Shown piece after piece: positions 25,729-37,602 of a stretch of 64,000 nt of DNA. Each line of letters begins with the position of its first letter. The stretch's first letter is position 1. The notes beneath the pieces were generated by a model. The model saw only the letters and a program-made list of their open reading frames with translations. It did not search any database and was not told where the DNA came from. Position numbers and translations under genes: made by a program. This DNA comes from Lama glama (lineage: Eukaryota), in NCBI GenBank assembly GCA_028534125.1, contig CM052817.1:72852001-72916000 (forward strand), given 5' to 3'.

Positions 25729-26110
25729 CAAGGCCAGCTACATAATTTGCAGAGCCAAGTGCCAAATAAAAATGTGGCACTTCTTGTTCAAAAAATAGAG
25801 AAAAGTGTCAGTAAAAGTACTACAATATAAAACTTTTTCATTTCTTCCACAGTGCCATTCTCTCAGCTTGTCATGGTGGGTTTTGTTTGTTATTTAACGA
25901 TATTCACCCTTCGGCAGGGGGATATTAGTAGGGCAAGTGCAGACCTTCGCAGGTGCTCAGGGGCCCCGCCTGTGACTCTATGCAAGTGGCCCACCAGCTG
26001 CTGGGATCTGTTTCCCTGCAGCTACCAGGCACCATGTCACAGCCAGGGGCAGGGAAGTTATCTTCACTTCCGATGGCTCCACTGCTCCAACCCATGGTGG
26101 ACAGGCAACC
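25729..26110 (-). mobile_element. MER45-family hAT-Tip100 element (partial)
   Basis: caaggccagctacataatttgcagagccaagtgccaaataaaaatgtggcacttcttgttcaaaaa matches the reverse complement of the MER45 end. Confidence 0.7.
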
Positions 26111-26119
26111 ACCTAGGGA

Positions 26120-26315
26120 CCATGACTTGTGATTAGCATCTGAAGTGAAGAACAGTCCTGTGAGACTGAGCCTTTAACCTGTGGGATCTGATGCTGTCTC
26201 TGGGTAGGTAGTATCAGAATTGAGCTGAATCGTAGGACAGCCAGTTGGTATTGGCAAATCTCTTGGTTGTGTGGGGGGGAGCCACCCCCACACACATTGA
26301 AACTGGTGACCAAAA
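26120..26315 (+). mobile_element. MER21-like LTR fragment
   Basis: gcatctgaagtg...gactgagcctttaacctgtgggatctgatgct...tcagaattgagctgaatcgtaggacagccag. Confidence 0.75.
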
Positions 26316-27139
26316 TTGTTACATGGTATATTTTATTACAAGAAGTTATCAAAATCATATTGGCCAAAGTCTTCTGAAAATCACTAAGTAACAAATATTA
26401 AAACAAGCAAGCTACAGCTTAATGAAGAGGCTCAGCTCTTCCTTCTAATTAAACAGGGGCTGGCGAGAAGCAGGGAGAATCAGTTTCCTTCCTTTGCCTT
26501 ATCTCCTTTCTCTTTCCATCTGTGTACATTACATTGTGAATATCCCTGAACTTTATCATCTTTTACTTTTTTCATACAACATTATTTTAGCTTGTTTGAC
26601 ATGAAGCATACTTGACTATATTCTTGATTCATAATTATACTATTTGAATTTCATACTCTTAATTTCAACATTGAGATTATCATAAGTTCATTAAATATAT
26701 TTTATGCTATAATACGTGTTGGTCACTGGTTCAGGCTATGGCAATAAAGATACTAAAGAAACAAAAAAAAGCACATTAGTTTTATACGGGATCAATCACT
26801 ATGCAAACATTCAATTTTATGGCCTATTTATATTTCATAACTCTCTTCCATAATGTCAGTGGTTTTAATTTTAATACATGCAGGCAACATACAATATGCA
26901 AATTGTTTCGTGTTTTCATAACAAGAAAACTGAAATGAAATGAAAGTAAAAGGGGAAATTTTGCCACCTACTACTTTGAAGGAATATTATCATATCAATA
27001 TGCTTAATCTAATTCGTGCATAACTATGTGATTCTCTGCCTCTTTGTTAGTTTTTTATCTTTAGAGGAAAAATTATTTCTAAAATTCTAGCTTCAAAGAG
27101 CTCTGATATGTCCACAGTTTCAGGGGCTTCAGTATACTT

Positions 27140-28260
27140 CAGTAACTCTGTCTGACCTCCTCAATTCCAACGGCTTCAATACAGTTGAGTAAATCTCTCC
27201 CACAGCCCACTTTGAACCTTGTCTTCAACTCCAACCCTTCGTTTAAAAACATTTCTCTCTGACTGCAAAGTTCTATCATGCCAGCCCTCTCATTCCTACA
27301 CCCCACTTTTAGACGTGGATTATGTGCCACTGACTCCTCCATTGATCCATCCTGGCCTCATGTCCTTCCCTATGTAAATGGAACAGTATGGTTTACTACT
27401 TGATGTATCATTTCTCTCCAAGTTTACCTCCCTAGACCTTGTGTTCGATTTCATAGGAACTTCAATACAACTTATCAAAATTTTCGTTGTTCTTCTCCTT
27501 CATACATTCACTTAGCATTCACCTTGAGCTCCCAGTCTAACCTTAGCTTCATTCTCAGCAGATGGTCTTGTCTTGAACACCACTGCATACCTAGTTAAAT
27601 TTCAACCATCTTCCTCCCTTTGTCCATGCTCGTAGAAGTGTGCCTCCATTCCTTCAGAATTAATTCTGTACCTTTTTCATCACTTTATGCCTCACCAGTA
27701 TTCCACTTCCTTGGAGACCTTGCTCCAACTATTTTGATCTCTCCTATATGTTCAACCTCCCTCTCTCTAAGTCGTTCCTTTCAGATTATAAGCATGCCCA
27801 GCTTTCACCCATTTTTAAAAATAACACAATAGAAAAAACATCTGAGCTCATAGTGGCTGAACATTTTCCCTACCTAATACATGGGTTTATATATCACATC
27901 TTATTTTCCCCACCTTACCCTCATCCTACCTCCCTTCACCTAGTTAAATTCAACTCGTCTTTTGGCTATCAGTGCATGCATCATTTCTTTGGGGAAACCA
28001 ATCTTGCTGTCCAAGCCTGATCAACTTCCTTTGTCAAACACTGTCAATAATCTGTGTTCCCTTCCTTCAGAGAATTATCCCAATTTGTAATTATACATAA
28101 TTTAGCATGATTCACTTATTAATTTTTCTCCCCACTACTCTTCAAGCTTTGGAAGAGCAAGCACCATGCCTATTTTTGATCAACGTTGTCCCTTCAGTGT
28201 ATTACACAGATCTTAGAATGGATTCGATGTTTAATACATGTCTATAAATGAATGTACATT
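27140..28260 (+). mobile_element. L2 (ORF2 remnant and 3' end), highly decayed
   Basis: Pyrimidine-rich L2-like body (ctgacctcctcaattccaa, ctcagcagatggtcttgtc) ending tctccccactactcttcaagctttggaagagcaagcaccatg...taaatgaatg. Confidence 0.6.
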
Positions 28261-29889
28261 GATTATTTCTCTTAAATACCTCTTCTAAAGGCTTATTGTA
28301 GCTCTTCAATCTCGAAAAACAAATATGAATCTTTCAGGAAAAACAAAACATTTACTTTTTTCTTCATGTTAGTGATGCCAAAAGAGAGAGAGCATGTACA
28401 GAGAGAAAAAAAGGTTTTGGCTCAGGAATTGGGGAGCCAATTCTCTGCCACAATGGAGATCCCTGTGAGAAACGGACCTGAATTTCTTGAAGTTTCTTTC
28501 TTCCTCTGAAATCATCAAATTACTGCCCACTAAAGCAATTAATGGGCTATTTCTAGAAGGAAACTTTGAAAAAATTATATGTATACACATATTTTGAATT
28601 TATTTTCATTTATGAAGCACCTATGTAACAAATATTAATTTGGCCTATTTGCTTGTTTTAAAATAATATACTATGTAACAGATCATATAGCCATAGTGAC
28701 CTTCACTCTGTTATATGCTTCAGAAAAAGATTTCCTTACCAGCCCAACCTCAAGCACACATTGAAACTAGGACTTTCATACCATTTAATGTCTCTGACGA
28801 AAAGATGGATGTGGTGTAAAAATATGATAATAGAGCGTCCATTTCTAGTGGGGAATTTTAAGAATCTGTTAATAATTAATTTTCAATGGATTTTCCATTT
28901 TTTCTTTTTCCCAGAAAATATGGGGTTTTCTTCCCACAAAAGTCTAAAAATTTGTCTTTTTCAATACTTTTCCATTCCTGTAATGCATCTTCCATCAAAC
29001 TATCTACCTTGGATTTGTCTAAAATAAAGAATGAAGAAATTTAAAACTAACACTAACAAAATTTTATTATGAGTTTACCAAAATGAAACTGTCATCAAAG
29101 AAAACTGTATCCTTTTCCTTCTCTTATTTTTTTTCTTTTATGAATATTAAGTCGTAGGCCTTGGCTAATGCTCCAACATTTCTACCATAGTGTAAATTTA
29201 AGTTAAATTTCTGAGGTAGGTCTCATCTGGTATTCCTATTTCTAAAGACTCCACCATGTGGAAAGATGTTCTAAACTGTTACTGTAAACCTGAAGGAAAA
29301 CATCTGGCTGAACATATATAGCTAGTCTTTAGGCAATTTTCAGTTATACTTTATGAAAGTAATGCCACTAAGCAAAAGAGACAGCCCTTTTTTTAAGTCT
29401 TCACAAGTAACTGTGTCAAGTTTCACGTCCAGATGACTAATATTTACTAAGGTTTCCTAATGACCTTTAGCAACAATGCTGATGATAAGAAAGAGACATA
29501 CCTCAGCAAAGTATTTAAGTTGTAAATATTTAGGGAATTAAAGAGCTTACAAGTAGTTATTAACACAAAGAGATGCATAGCTAAGGAAATAGAAAATGAA
29601 GCAGGAGCTGTTAGTGTTTTTCACAGTCAGCATATAAACCGAAGAATACGGTTTGTAATTATGATACATGCATAGATTTGTCTTAAAGACACATTGTGGT
29701 AAAGCCAAGTATCAAAATAAGCTCAGCGTGCTGGAGCAAACCCTTTCTATAAACCACTAACCTGCTAACAAAGGTACCGACCTCAACTTGTCTTGAAATT
29801 CTTAGCCTGTGCCGAACAAGAGTCATCTTTGAAGATTAAAGCCAGGCAGCATTCACCAGTTCAACTGATGCTTAAAATTAATATTGAGT

Positions 29890-30455
29890 ATGATGGTTCC
29901 TCAAAATATTAAACATAGTATTATCATATGGGTCAGTAATTCCACTTCTGGAACTGGGTTTACACCCAAAAGAACTGAAAACAAGGATTCAAACAGCAAT
30001 GTTCATGGCAGCATTCTCACAACAGCCAAAAGGTAGAAAGAACTCAAATGTCCATCAAATGGATAAACAAAAAATATGGTATACAAACATACAATTCAGC
30101 CTTAAAGGGGAAGGAAATTCTGACACATGCTACAACATGGATGAAACTTAAAGACATTATGCTAAGTGAAATAAGAAGACAGTCACAAAAGGACAAATAT
30201 TACATGATTCCACTTATGTAAGGTACCTAGAGTAGGCAAATTCATTGAGACAGAAAGTAGAATGCAGTTGCTAGGGATTGGGAGAAAGGAATGGGAGTTG
30301 TTTTAATGGGTATGGAGCTTCAGTTTGGAAAGACAAAAAAATTCTAGGGATGGATGGTGGTGATGGTTGCCAACAATGTGAGTGTACTTAATGTCACTGA
30401 ATAGTACACTTAAAGATGATTAAAATGGTAAAAATTTATGTCCATTTTACCATTT
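29890..30455 (+). mobile_element. L1MB-like 3' end
   Basis: ggttcctcaaaatattaaacatag...gacacatgctacaacatggatgaa...gatggatggtggtgatggttgc. Confidence 0.88.
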
Positions 30456-31269
30456 CTTTAAATCTTACTTAAGAAAATTCTATAGAAAATTTATAAAATT
30501 CAGATAAGCAAAAAGTCCTCAATTTTACAAGTCTCATGTAACTACTGTGAGCATTGTGGTGGGAGAGCCCTCTTACCAATGATTATGCTATATGTGGTGT
30601 GACTATTCATATCCCTCAAGGAAAAACAAAAAATGGAACAGTTTAAATAAAACCAAGTTTAAAGGGATCTTAAAACTCATCTTTTACACATGAAAAAAAG
30701 GAATAAAAATAGTTCCAGAGGTTCCTTAACCTCCTACAATTTCATAAAACTCAAACTGTATCTTGACATTTTTCTAGTACTCATTAACACAAAATATCTA
30801 TTTTTAAAATATTTTTATCCGACCTAGGAAAAAGTTAATTGACTCCTAAACAAATCAAGTCTACCTGTGTAGCCAACGTGTTCACATTTAAAGGCTTGCT
30901 GAATAGATATAAGCAGCACTTTAATAATTTGCAGATAGAAAGGAAGTGGAGAGGACCATTTAGATGACAGCAGAGCTTCTATTAGGTATACGAGTACCAG
31001 AAGTGACGTACATTTGAGTCAGACATTATTGTTACTGCTTGTGTTTTATCTCTTTTTCCCCCATAGTATAATTACTCATTGTCATATGGTTTCTTGAAAC
31101 AGCCTGCAAGTTAATATTTAATGTGGAAAGGGAAATTGATTAACACATTGAGAGCATGTGCTGTGACTCTTAACACTTCATATGTGCTCACTGCAGTAAG
31201 AGGGAAAAGTTCCACTTGATCTAGAATGTGGTCCCTGAAAATTCAACTTGACTTGAGTTCTAAGTAAAT

Positions 31270-31294
31270 ACACACACACACACACACACACACA
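31270..31294. repeat. (CA)n microsatellite
   Basis: Direct reading. Confidence 0.95.
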
Positions 31295-31794
31295 GTTTGT
31301 ATGTGCACCATTCAAAGTTGAGGTTTATATGAATGTGTTTTTTTTTATCTACATGCTAAAAAGAAGTTAGTAGGTCTTTTAAGTACATGCAGCTGAATTA
31401 CTTATCTCACAAACTCACCCCAACCTGTTTTTGTCTGTGTAGATACTTCCATTCACAGTTCACATCCCAGAGAACAGCTAAGTAATTTGTTACTTAAAAA
31501 CAAAACAAAACATCATGATGACACTTCGTGGTAAGGTCTCAACATCACTAACGTATGAGAGATGACCGCAGTAACAGGTCCACAAGGGGAACGTGTTCTC
31601 TTCTCAGCGATCCTTGACCTCAGTTGTGACTGTGTTTCCTCCTTCCCTGAATACTTATTAACTGCAAGACCCTAGAAGAGAAATGATTCATCTCCTCAGA
31701 GATGAACTTTCCAGGGTGTTTATTATTTGGGATTTGCCTGACTCACACATACAGTGGAATTTTTTATTGCTCTTCCTCTGATTTGTGTTTATTC

Positions 31795-32190
31795 AGAGGT
31801 TCCTGAGCATGATCTTGTTCATCTTGCATGACTTGTACATGTGTTTCCCTGGGAAGAAATGCACTTCCTCAAACACCGCTTTTCAGTGAGCACCTTCAAG
31901 TTCAGGATAGTAAGGACGCTCTTCAGGCTCCTCATTCCTCTCTCTCATTGGATCGATCACACACACCCCCATGTTACAGGGGTGTCTTGACACACGTTTA
32001 TTGTTCCACTTGCTCCACTGTACTGCAGTGTGCTTACATTCATAAAAGAAGAAGTGTGTGCTCTCCTACTAGACTACTGCTCTCCCTCCAGAGAGAGAAT
32101 TTTTGTTGTCTCTGTATCATCTGTACCTACAGCAGTGTCAAGTACTAACTGATATCAATTTAATTCTTTTTAAATGTTGATTATTTGAAT
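31795..32190 (+). mobile_element. L2 3' fragment
   Basis: gtgtttccctgggaagaaatgcacttcct...ctctcctactagact...tctgtatc. Confidence 0.5.
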
Positions 32191-32274
32191 TCTAAAAGGT
32201 AGTCTGTTACTTTCCCAGAGAAGCTGGGATTTAAATCTAGGTCTGTGTCCAAAGCCAGTATTTCCCCTCCAAAA

Positions 32275-32625
32275 TGCTAGCTGCATATCTGTTCACTAAA
32301 CCTCATCTTTTCTGCTTCCTGACCACACAACTAGACTTCATTTCCCAGCCTTATAGAAGCAGGAGTGACATATGCCACTTCAGGGCCTGGTCCTTAAAAA
32401 TAACTTCCTACCAATCGTCTACCACTTGTTTCTTCCCTCGTTTGCTGGCTAGAGTCAGTAGCTGCAGTAGAGGAATCCAAGGCCCTAGAAAATGACAGAG
32501 CCACCATACAGAAAAAGCCTAGGGCCCCAAGTCACCATGTGAAGGAGACCAGGAATACCCAAGTAGAACTATTATGTGAGCAAGACATAATTTTATATGG
32601 TTGTAAGCTCCTAAAATTTTTAATG
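32275..32625 (+). mobile_element. MaLR LTR (MLT1J-like)
   Basis: ctagacttcatttcccagcc...tgccacttcagggcctgg...gacagagccaccatacagaaaaagcctagggcccc...atgtgagcaagacataa. Confidence 0.75.
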
Positions 32626-33892
32626 GCTGCCTGCCATTCCAGTGTACGAATGTACCATCAGTTACTTAATCTTTCCCTATTTGGTGCATTTAGATTTTTT
32701 CCACTTCTCTGCTGTTAAACATACTTCCTTAGCAAATATACTCATATATAAAATTTGGGTCCAAATCCATTATTTCTTGGGTTAGCCAAGGTTCCTCTTA
32801 TTGTAATGAGCAAAAAGCCACTCAAATCTGCTAAAGTAGAGAAGTATAACTTAATATAAGGATCCAGAATGACTTCACAAAACCCACAACCTCATGCATT
32901 CGATCTCATGAAGAACTGGTACAGGAGGGTCTGTAAAATCACCAGAAATTGCCATCTCAGTTGCTTTCAGAGGATACCCATTTTCTCTGCTTCTATACTT
33001 GAGTATGAGAGAGAGAATTTACAACTGATGTTCTTATTAAATAAACTATAGAAGATACACAGTAGATTCTAATAGCATTTTCCAATTCTTTCTAACTAAG
33101 GAACTGGTGGATGTCATATAACTAATGTGACTAGGATACTCGCCCTACCTGTCCTACATCCTATACTTATTTGTATGTATATTCTTATTCCATGTGTTTG
33201 CAGTGGGAGGCCTATTTCTCACTTCAGGGCCCTGTTCAATCTTACTCATTCACTGTTTATCAACTCCAGAAATGTCTGCTTAATACTTCCACTCCATCTG
33301 TCTCTGTCACTTGAGCACTCTGTTCCTGTGTAATGACTGCCACATTCTCTCTGCAAAAGGAGCCTTCTTCAGTATGATGAGGCATTGGTGGGGTCTGTGT
33401 TCTCTCCAGAATGTCAGTCACCTTCTGCTGCCTTTGTGGCCACATTGGAATCAAGTATCTGGCAGGCTGTTAACTTCATCCTTGTTCACTACTATGGTTT
33501 TCCACATGTGGTCCACAGAGGTGCTCACTTGTCTTTGAGTTGGCCAGGTCCCTTCAGATATCTCCTTATAAAGATTATCTATCATTGCTCTTTGAGGTAA
33601 AGAGGATATGTCTTAGCCTGGAAGTCCTCTTTGCTTAACTTTTCTCTTCCTTGTACCTACTGACTTTCTCTCTTCTAGTACTCTCATATGGGGTCTTCCC
33701 CCACGGTCAAGAGAATGAAAGCATGGGCTGGGCAGATAACCACAAATGTTGTCTCTGCACATCCTTAGGATAAATTACTAGAAGTAGAATTTTTGTCTGA
33801 AAGGCATGGCACTTATAGATTTTGATATATATTGTAAAATTGCCCTCCAGATTGGTTAAATCAAATTATGCTCTACCAGCAGTATGAGACAG
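32625..33892 (-). mobile_element. Old L1 (L1ME-like) fragment split by an LTR-like insert (~32780-33760, MLT1-like ends)
   Basis: L1 antisense text stops at ccattatttcttgg and resumes at tccttaggataaattactagaagtagaatt...aaaattgccctccag; the insert ends gctgggcagataaccacaaatgttgtctctgca. Confidence 0.55.
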
Positions 33893-33919
33893 CAGCCAAC
33901 ACTAGGCCTTCTCAGGGGG

Positions 33920-34450
33920 CTGGAGTGGGGATTTGTCAGAATCTGACACCTGAACTGTTTTCGGAAAGGTGAATAGGGATTATTGGTAAAAAAAAAAAAT
34001 GGCAGGATAGTGCTTTCCAGACAAAGAGAAATAAAGTTGCTTAGACAGAGAAGTATAAAATAATATGATATTGGGGAAAGGAAAGATATTAACTTAGGCT
34101 TGTAGGACCTTGAAGGATGTACAGGAAGATGGAAGCATATGACTCATAGAGGGAGGAGTTGGAGACACACTGGAAAGGTCGATAGTCAGCAGACTTTAAA
34201 AGAGGCAATAGAACTTTATCCTATAAAAAGTGATGAGATAAAACTGAAGTGGGGCTTTTAGCAGGGAATCACATGATAAAAGCAATGTTTTAGAAAAATA
34301 ATCTGGCAACATTCTACAGTATGAATTGGATGCTAAAATACCAGCTAGAAGACACTTGTCTAGTTAGAAGATGAGCACCATTCAGCAGAGGTGAGGACCT
34401 GAACTCCTGTCATGGAAAGGAAATGGATATGGATGGAAGAAGGAAGCTAA
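33920..34450 (-). mobile_element. L2 fragment
   Basis: Purine-rich antisense L2: gaactttatcctata...ttttagcagggaatcacatgataaaagcaatgttttagaaaaataatctggc. Confidence 0.65.
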
Positions 34451-35357
34451 CATTCGGTATTTGCTCCAGTCTTACAATAATTGGCTCAAAAGGAGATATC
34501 CTGTAGAAATTTTTCATCTCTGTTTGCATGAAGATTATGTGTGAATATCTTTTTCTCTATATAGTTTGTATTTTCTCAAAAGCAGGGACTGTGGTCCTTT
34601 GTGATTTTCTTGACACATAGTGGGCATTTAATCAATATTATAGACTAATTGTCAAATTGGTTTTGCTGATTTTATTATTTTTTATCTTCTTCAAATATAT
34701 GCCTATGTTTAACTGACAAAGTTATATTGTTTGCATTGTTATGGGTCAGCAGGAAAATAAGCTCAACAGGGCACTGGTCCAGGAGAGAGAATACACAGTG
34801 ATTCCTCTACTGTTTACTGAAGAACCATAAGGAGATATTTAATCCCATTTTCCTGTTAAGTCTCCCAAGGTAAAAATAAGAATGTTCTTTTATAAAACAT
34901 CTGGAGAATTTAGGTTAAAAAGGCCACGGAGGAGTAAGAAATGGTCCCTGCCCTCAAGAAATGCACAAGGGGAAAATAAAGGCAACAATAACTATTTTAT
35001 AACTCATCGTCTTAAACTTAGGATCCAGACATTCCTAAACCCATGGAATTTTAAGGTTTGGGGAGGAGACCTGTAGTTTAATGAAGAAATAAGATGCTGC
35101 TCACAAGCATATTTTCTTTTACCTCCTTTTGTTTATTGGGATACCTGATTAAAAGCAAATCAATATAGAAAAAAGGTGGGGAGCACAGGTACCACTACAA
35201 TTAGCTGCAACACTGATCACTGAAGCCAAACCCTTGGGCTTGCTGCCTACGAAGCTTTGAGGGCTCCCAACCTCCTGGCATATGTCTTGTCAATTAGTGC
35301 AGTTCATGGAGGGATTGCCACTTCATCTGGTGTCTTGAGTTTCTGCAGCTGGTAAAG

Positions 35358-35537
35358 CAGTAGTTCTCAAACTTTAATGGACAGAAGATACTCAGCTGTA
35401 CTGTTTGTCTTCCTGCTTGCAGACTGTAATCCAGAGATTCTGATTCAATAAATCTGGGGTGGAAATCTATCATTGATCACATACCTTCGATGATTCTGAG
35501 ACAAGAGCTCTACGGACCACGTTTTAAAAATCACTTG
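35358..35537. mobile_element. MER5-family hAT-Charlie MITE
   Basis: cagtagttctcaaacttt...ccagagattctgattcaataaatctggggtgg...tgattctga...ggaccacgtttt. Confidence 0.7.
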
Positions 35538-35879
35538 CTATCCTCCTACATTATAAACATCCAGATTCAGGTTGTGAATCTGACAATGTGATATGGGCTC
35601 TAACTGGGGTCTAGTGGCACAGATGAGAGAATAATTTTGCTCAGGGAAAAGGGAAGTCACGAGGAGGGTAAGAGAGACCCCCAAATATTTGATCTGGGAT
35701 TTTTAAGATGAGAAAAAATTTTATAGCTAGTAAGGGGCAAGAAGAGAAAAAACAAGGAGGAAGGAAAATGCATACAGAAGAGAGGCAGGTAGATATGGCA
35801 AAATATGAGACTGCAAGGAGAGACTTAGGCTGCCTTATACAGAGCTTTGTGTCCTCAGAGGAGCAGTTTATCCTGTGGG

Positions 35880-36058
35880 CTTGTAGTTCCCAAATATAAT
35901 AGTTGCACCAGAAATCTCCTAAGGTATTTCAAAATGCAGATTCCCAGGGCCTCCAGCAGACCCATTGAATCAAATTCCTTAGGGAAAGACCTGGGTATCT
36001 AGACTTGTAACAAAGGTCCCCAGACATTTCGATAAACAGCCAGTATGGGAACTACTGG
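35880..36058. mobile_element. MER5-family hAT-Charlie MITE
   Basis: aaaatgcagattcccagggcc...ttgaatcaaattcc...cagccagtatgggaactactg. Confidence 0.7.
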
Positions 36059-36697
36059 TAGACCAAGAACTTGTCCAACTTGAGACTCTAGGTCCTTAAG
36101 AGGGTAGAATATCTGAGAATTAATGTCAGGAAATAACCAGCAAGGGGATAAAAATATAGTCAAGAAGAAGTTCTGAAGCCAGAAATAGGTCAGTCAGGAA
36201 TTTTCCATAGAGAAGGGGATAGATTACAAAGATGACAGTTAGGTAAATGAGCTGAACTGAAAAAAAAGCCTAAGATGTGGACATGGAAGGCAGTTTCTAG
36301 AAATAAAGACAAAGTAAGACAGAAAATCATCCTCTGTGAGATCAGGCAGAGGTAGACTTCCTGAACTCTACAAAGTACTGTGCAAGGAGGTGGTTTACAG
36401 TATTCTTAATCTAGCTGATGATTTTCCCCTCAAGTTGAAAAGCCATACAGTTCAATTCACTGTTGAAAAGACACATTTAAGGAAAAAGAGCAGGATTTTA
36501 GAGATCAGAGTTTATGGAGTTCAGAGATTATGGTTCAATAGAACCCAGATTTTTAAGGCACAGAGTAAAGAGACATTGAATCATCTAGAGAAGAAGAGGG
36601 TAGTGTGAGCTGCCTGTCTTAATTTTGTAAATTACATGGGCTATGGGATTCAACTCACAGTTCCCCTTAATATAAGCATATAGAACTGTTCTTTAAA

Positions 36698-36717
36698 CTA
36701 CCAGTAGATGGCGCCAT
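36698..36717 (+). promoter_or_regulatory. Predicted CTCF binding site
   Basis: CCAGTAGATGGCGCCA (36701-36716) is a full match to CCASYAGRKGGCRS; upstream ctgttct resembles the CTCF upstream module. Confidence 0.7.
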
Positions 36718-37074
36718 GGTTTTGGTTTTTTTCTAAAAAAGGTAGTGCAAATGACAGTAAATTCAATACCTTGTTTTTTAAAAAAAGAACAAGAAAAAAA
36801 TTGTTAAGGAAAGACTAAAACCAAATTAAAATACTAGATCAATTTCTAAAGGCTTATTTATTGTCCTTACTCAGAATTTTACACTCTATGCTAGATTTAA
36901 CTTACAACCAACGAATTGTGTAACTTAGCCAGAAATGGAACAGATCATCAAATCCCCAACCATAAAAAACCTCAAGTGTGTCGAATATGGTTGTCAGTTG
37001 AGAGACATTTATTTGCGACAAGGCAGCTAGCTACTTTCGGTGTATGTTATGACTTTTGTTGACTTGTTACTATT

Positions 37075-37293
37075 GCCTTCAGGGGCCCTTTCCTCCAGGA
37101 AACATATTTATATTATGAAATATTTTATGACTGGTATAAAGACATATATACTCCAGGCTAGATTAACCATTAAATATTATTGTTATATTCATCTTTCCCT
37201 CTGAACTTAAAGTTAAAACATTTTGTGGGCCTCTAACAATATCATGGGCCCCATACACTGTGCCAACTATGCCCAGTTGATAAGTCCACCCTG
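37075..37293 (-). mobile_element. hAT-Tip100 element end (MER115/Zaphod-like)
   Basis: aaaacattttgtgggcctctaacaatatcatgggccccatacactgtgccaactatgcccagttgataagtccaccctg. Confidence 0.6.
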
Positions 37294-37501
37294 GCTCTGC
37301 TAAGTGATCCTAAGAAATGAAACGTAGAGAGTAAAACTAGAGGGAGAGGATGAGGGCGAGGATGAACACAGCCCAACTTGCCCACAGTAGAAGTGAAATT
37401 TATTTGAAGCTTCGTGTGTTAGTTTAAAATTATATTCAAGTATTGCAAGAAGTATGTTTTGAATTACTCCCTATCAGGGAAACATAAGGAAAACAAAATT
37501 T

Positions 37502-37602
37502 CTTACCTGAGTCATTGGTTAATGGCTAAGACGCAGTTGCAGTGGGTCGATTCATCCTTGAAAGTTGCTAATCGGGAATTCCCTGCTGAGAAAAGCAAAA
37601 CT
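37502..37602. promoter_or_regulatory. Candidate inducible enhancer (AP-1, CCAAT, NF-kB and IRF-like motifs)
   Basis: TGAGTCA 37508-37514, ATTGG 37514-37518, perfect kB palindrome GGGAATTCCC 37574-37583, GAAAAGCAAAACT 37590-37602; several retained CpGs. Confidence 0.45.

Noticed and set aside
31515..31650. Box C/D snoRNA (ATGATGA...CTGA)
   Set aside because: No terminal stem, long spacing and no recognisable rRNA or snRNA guide.
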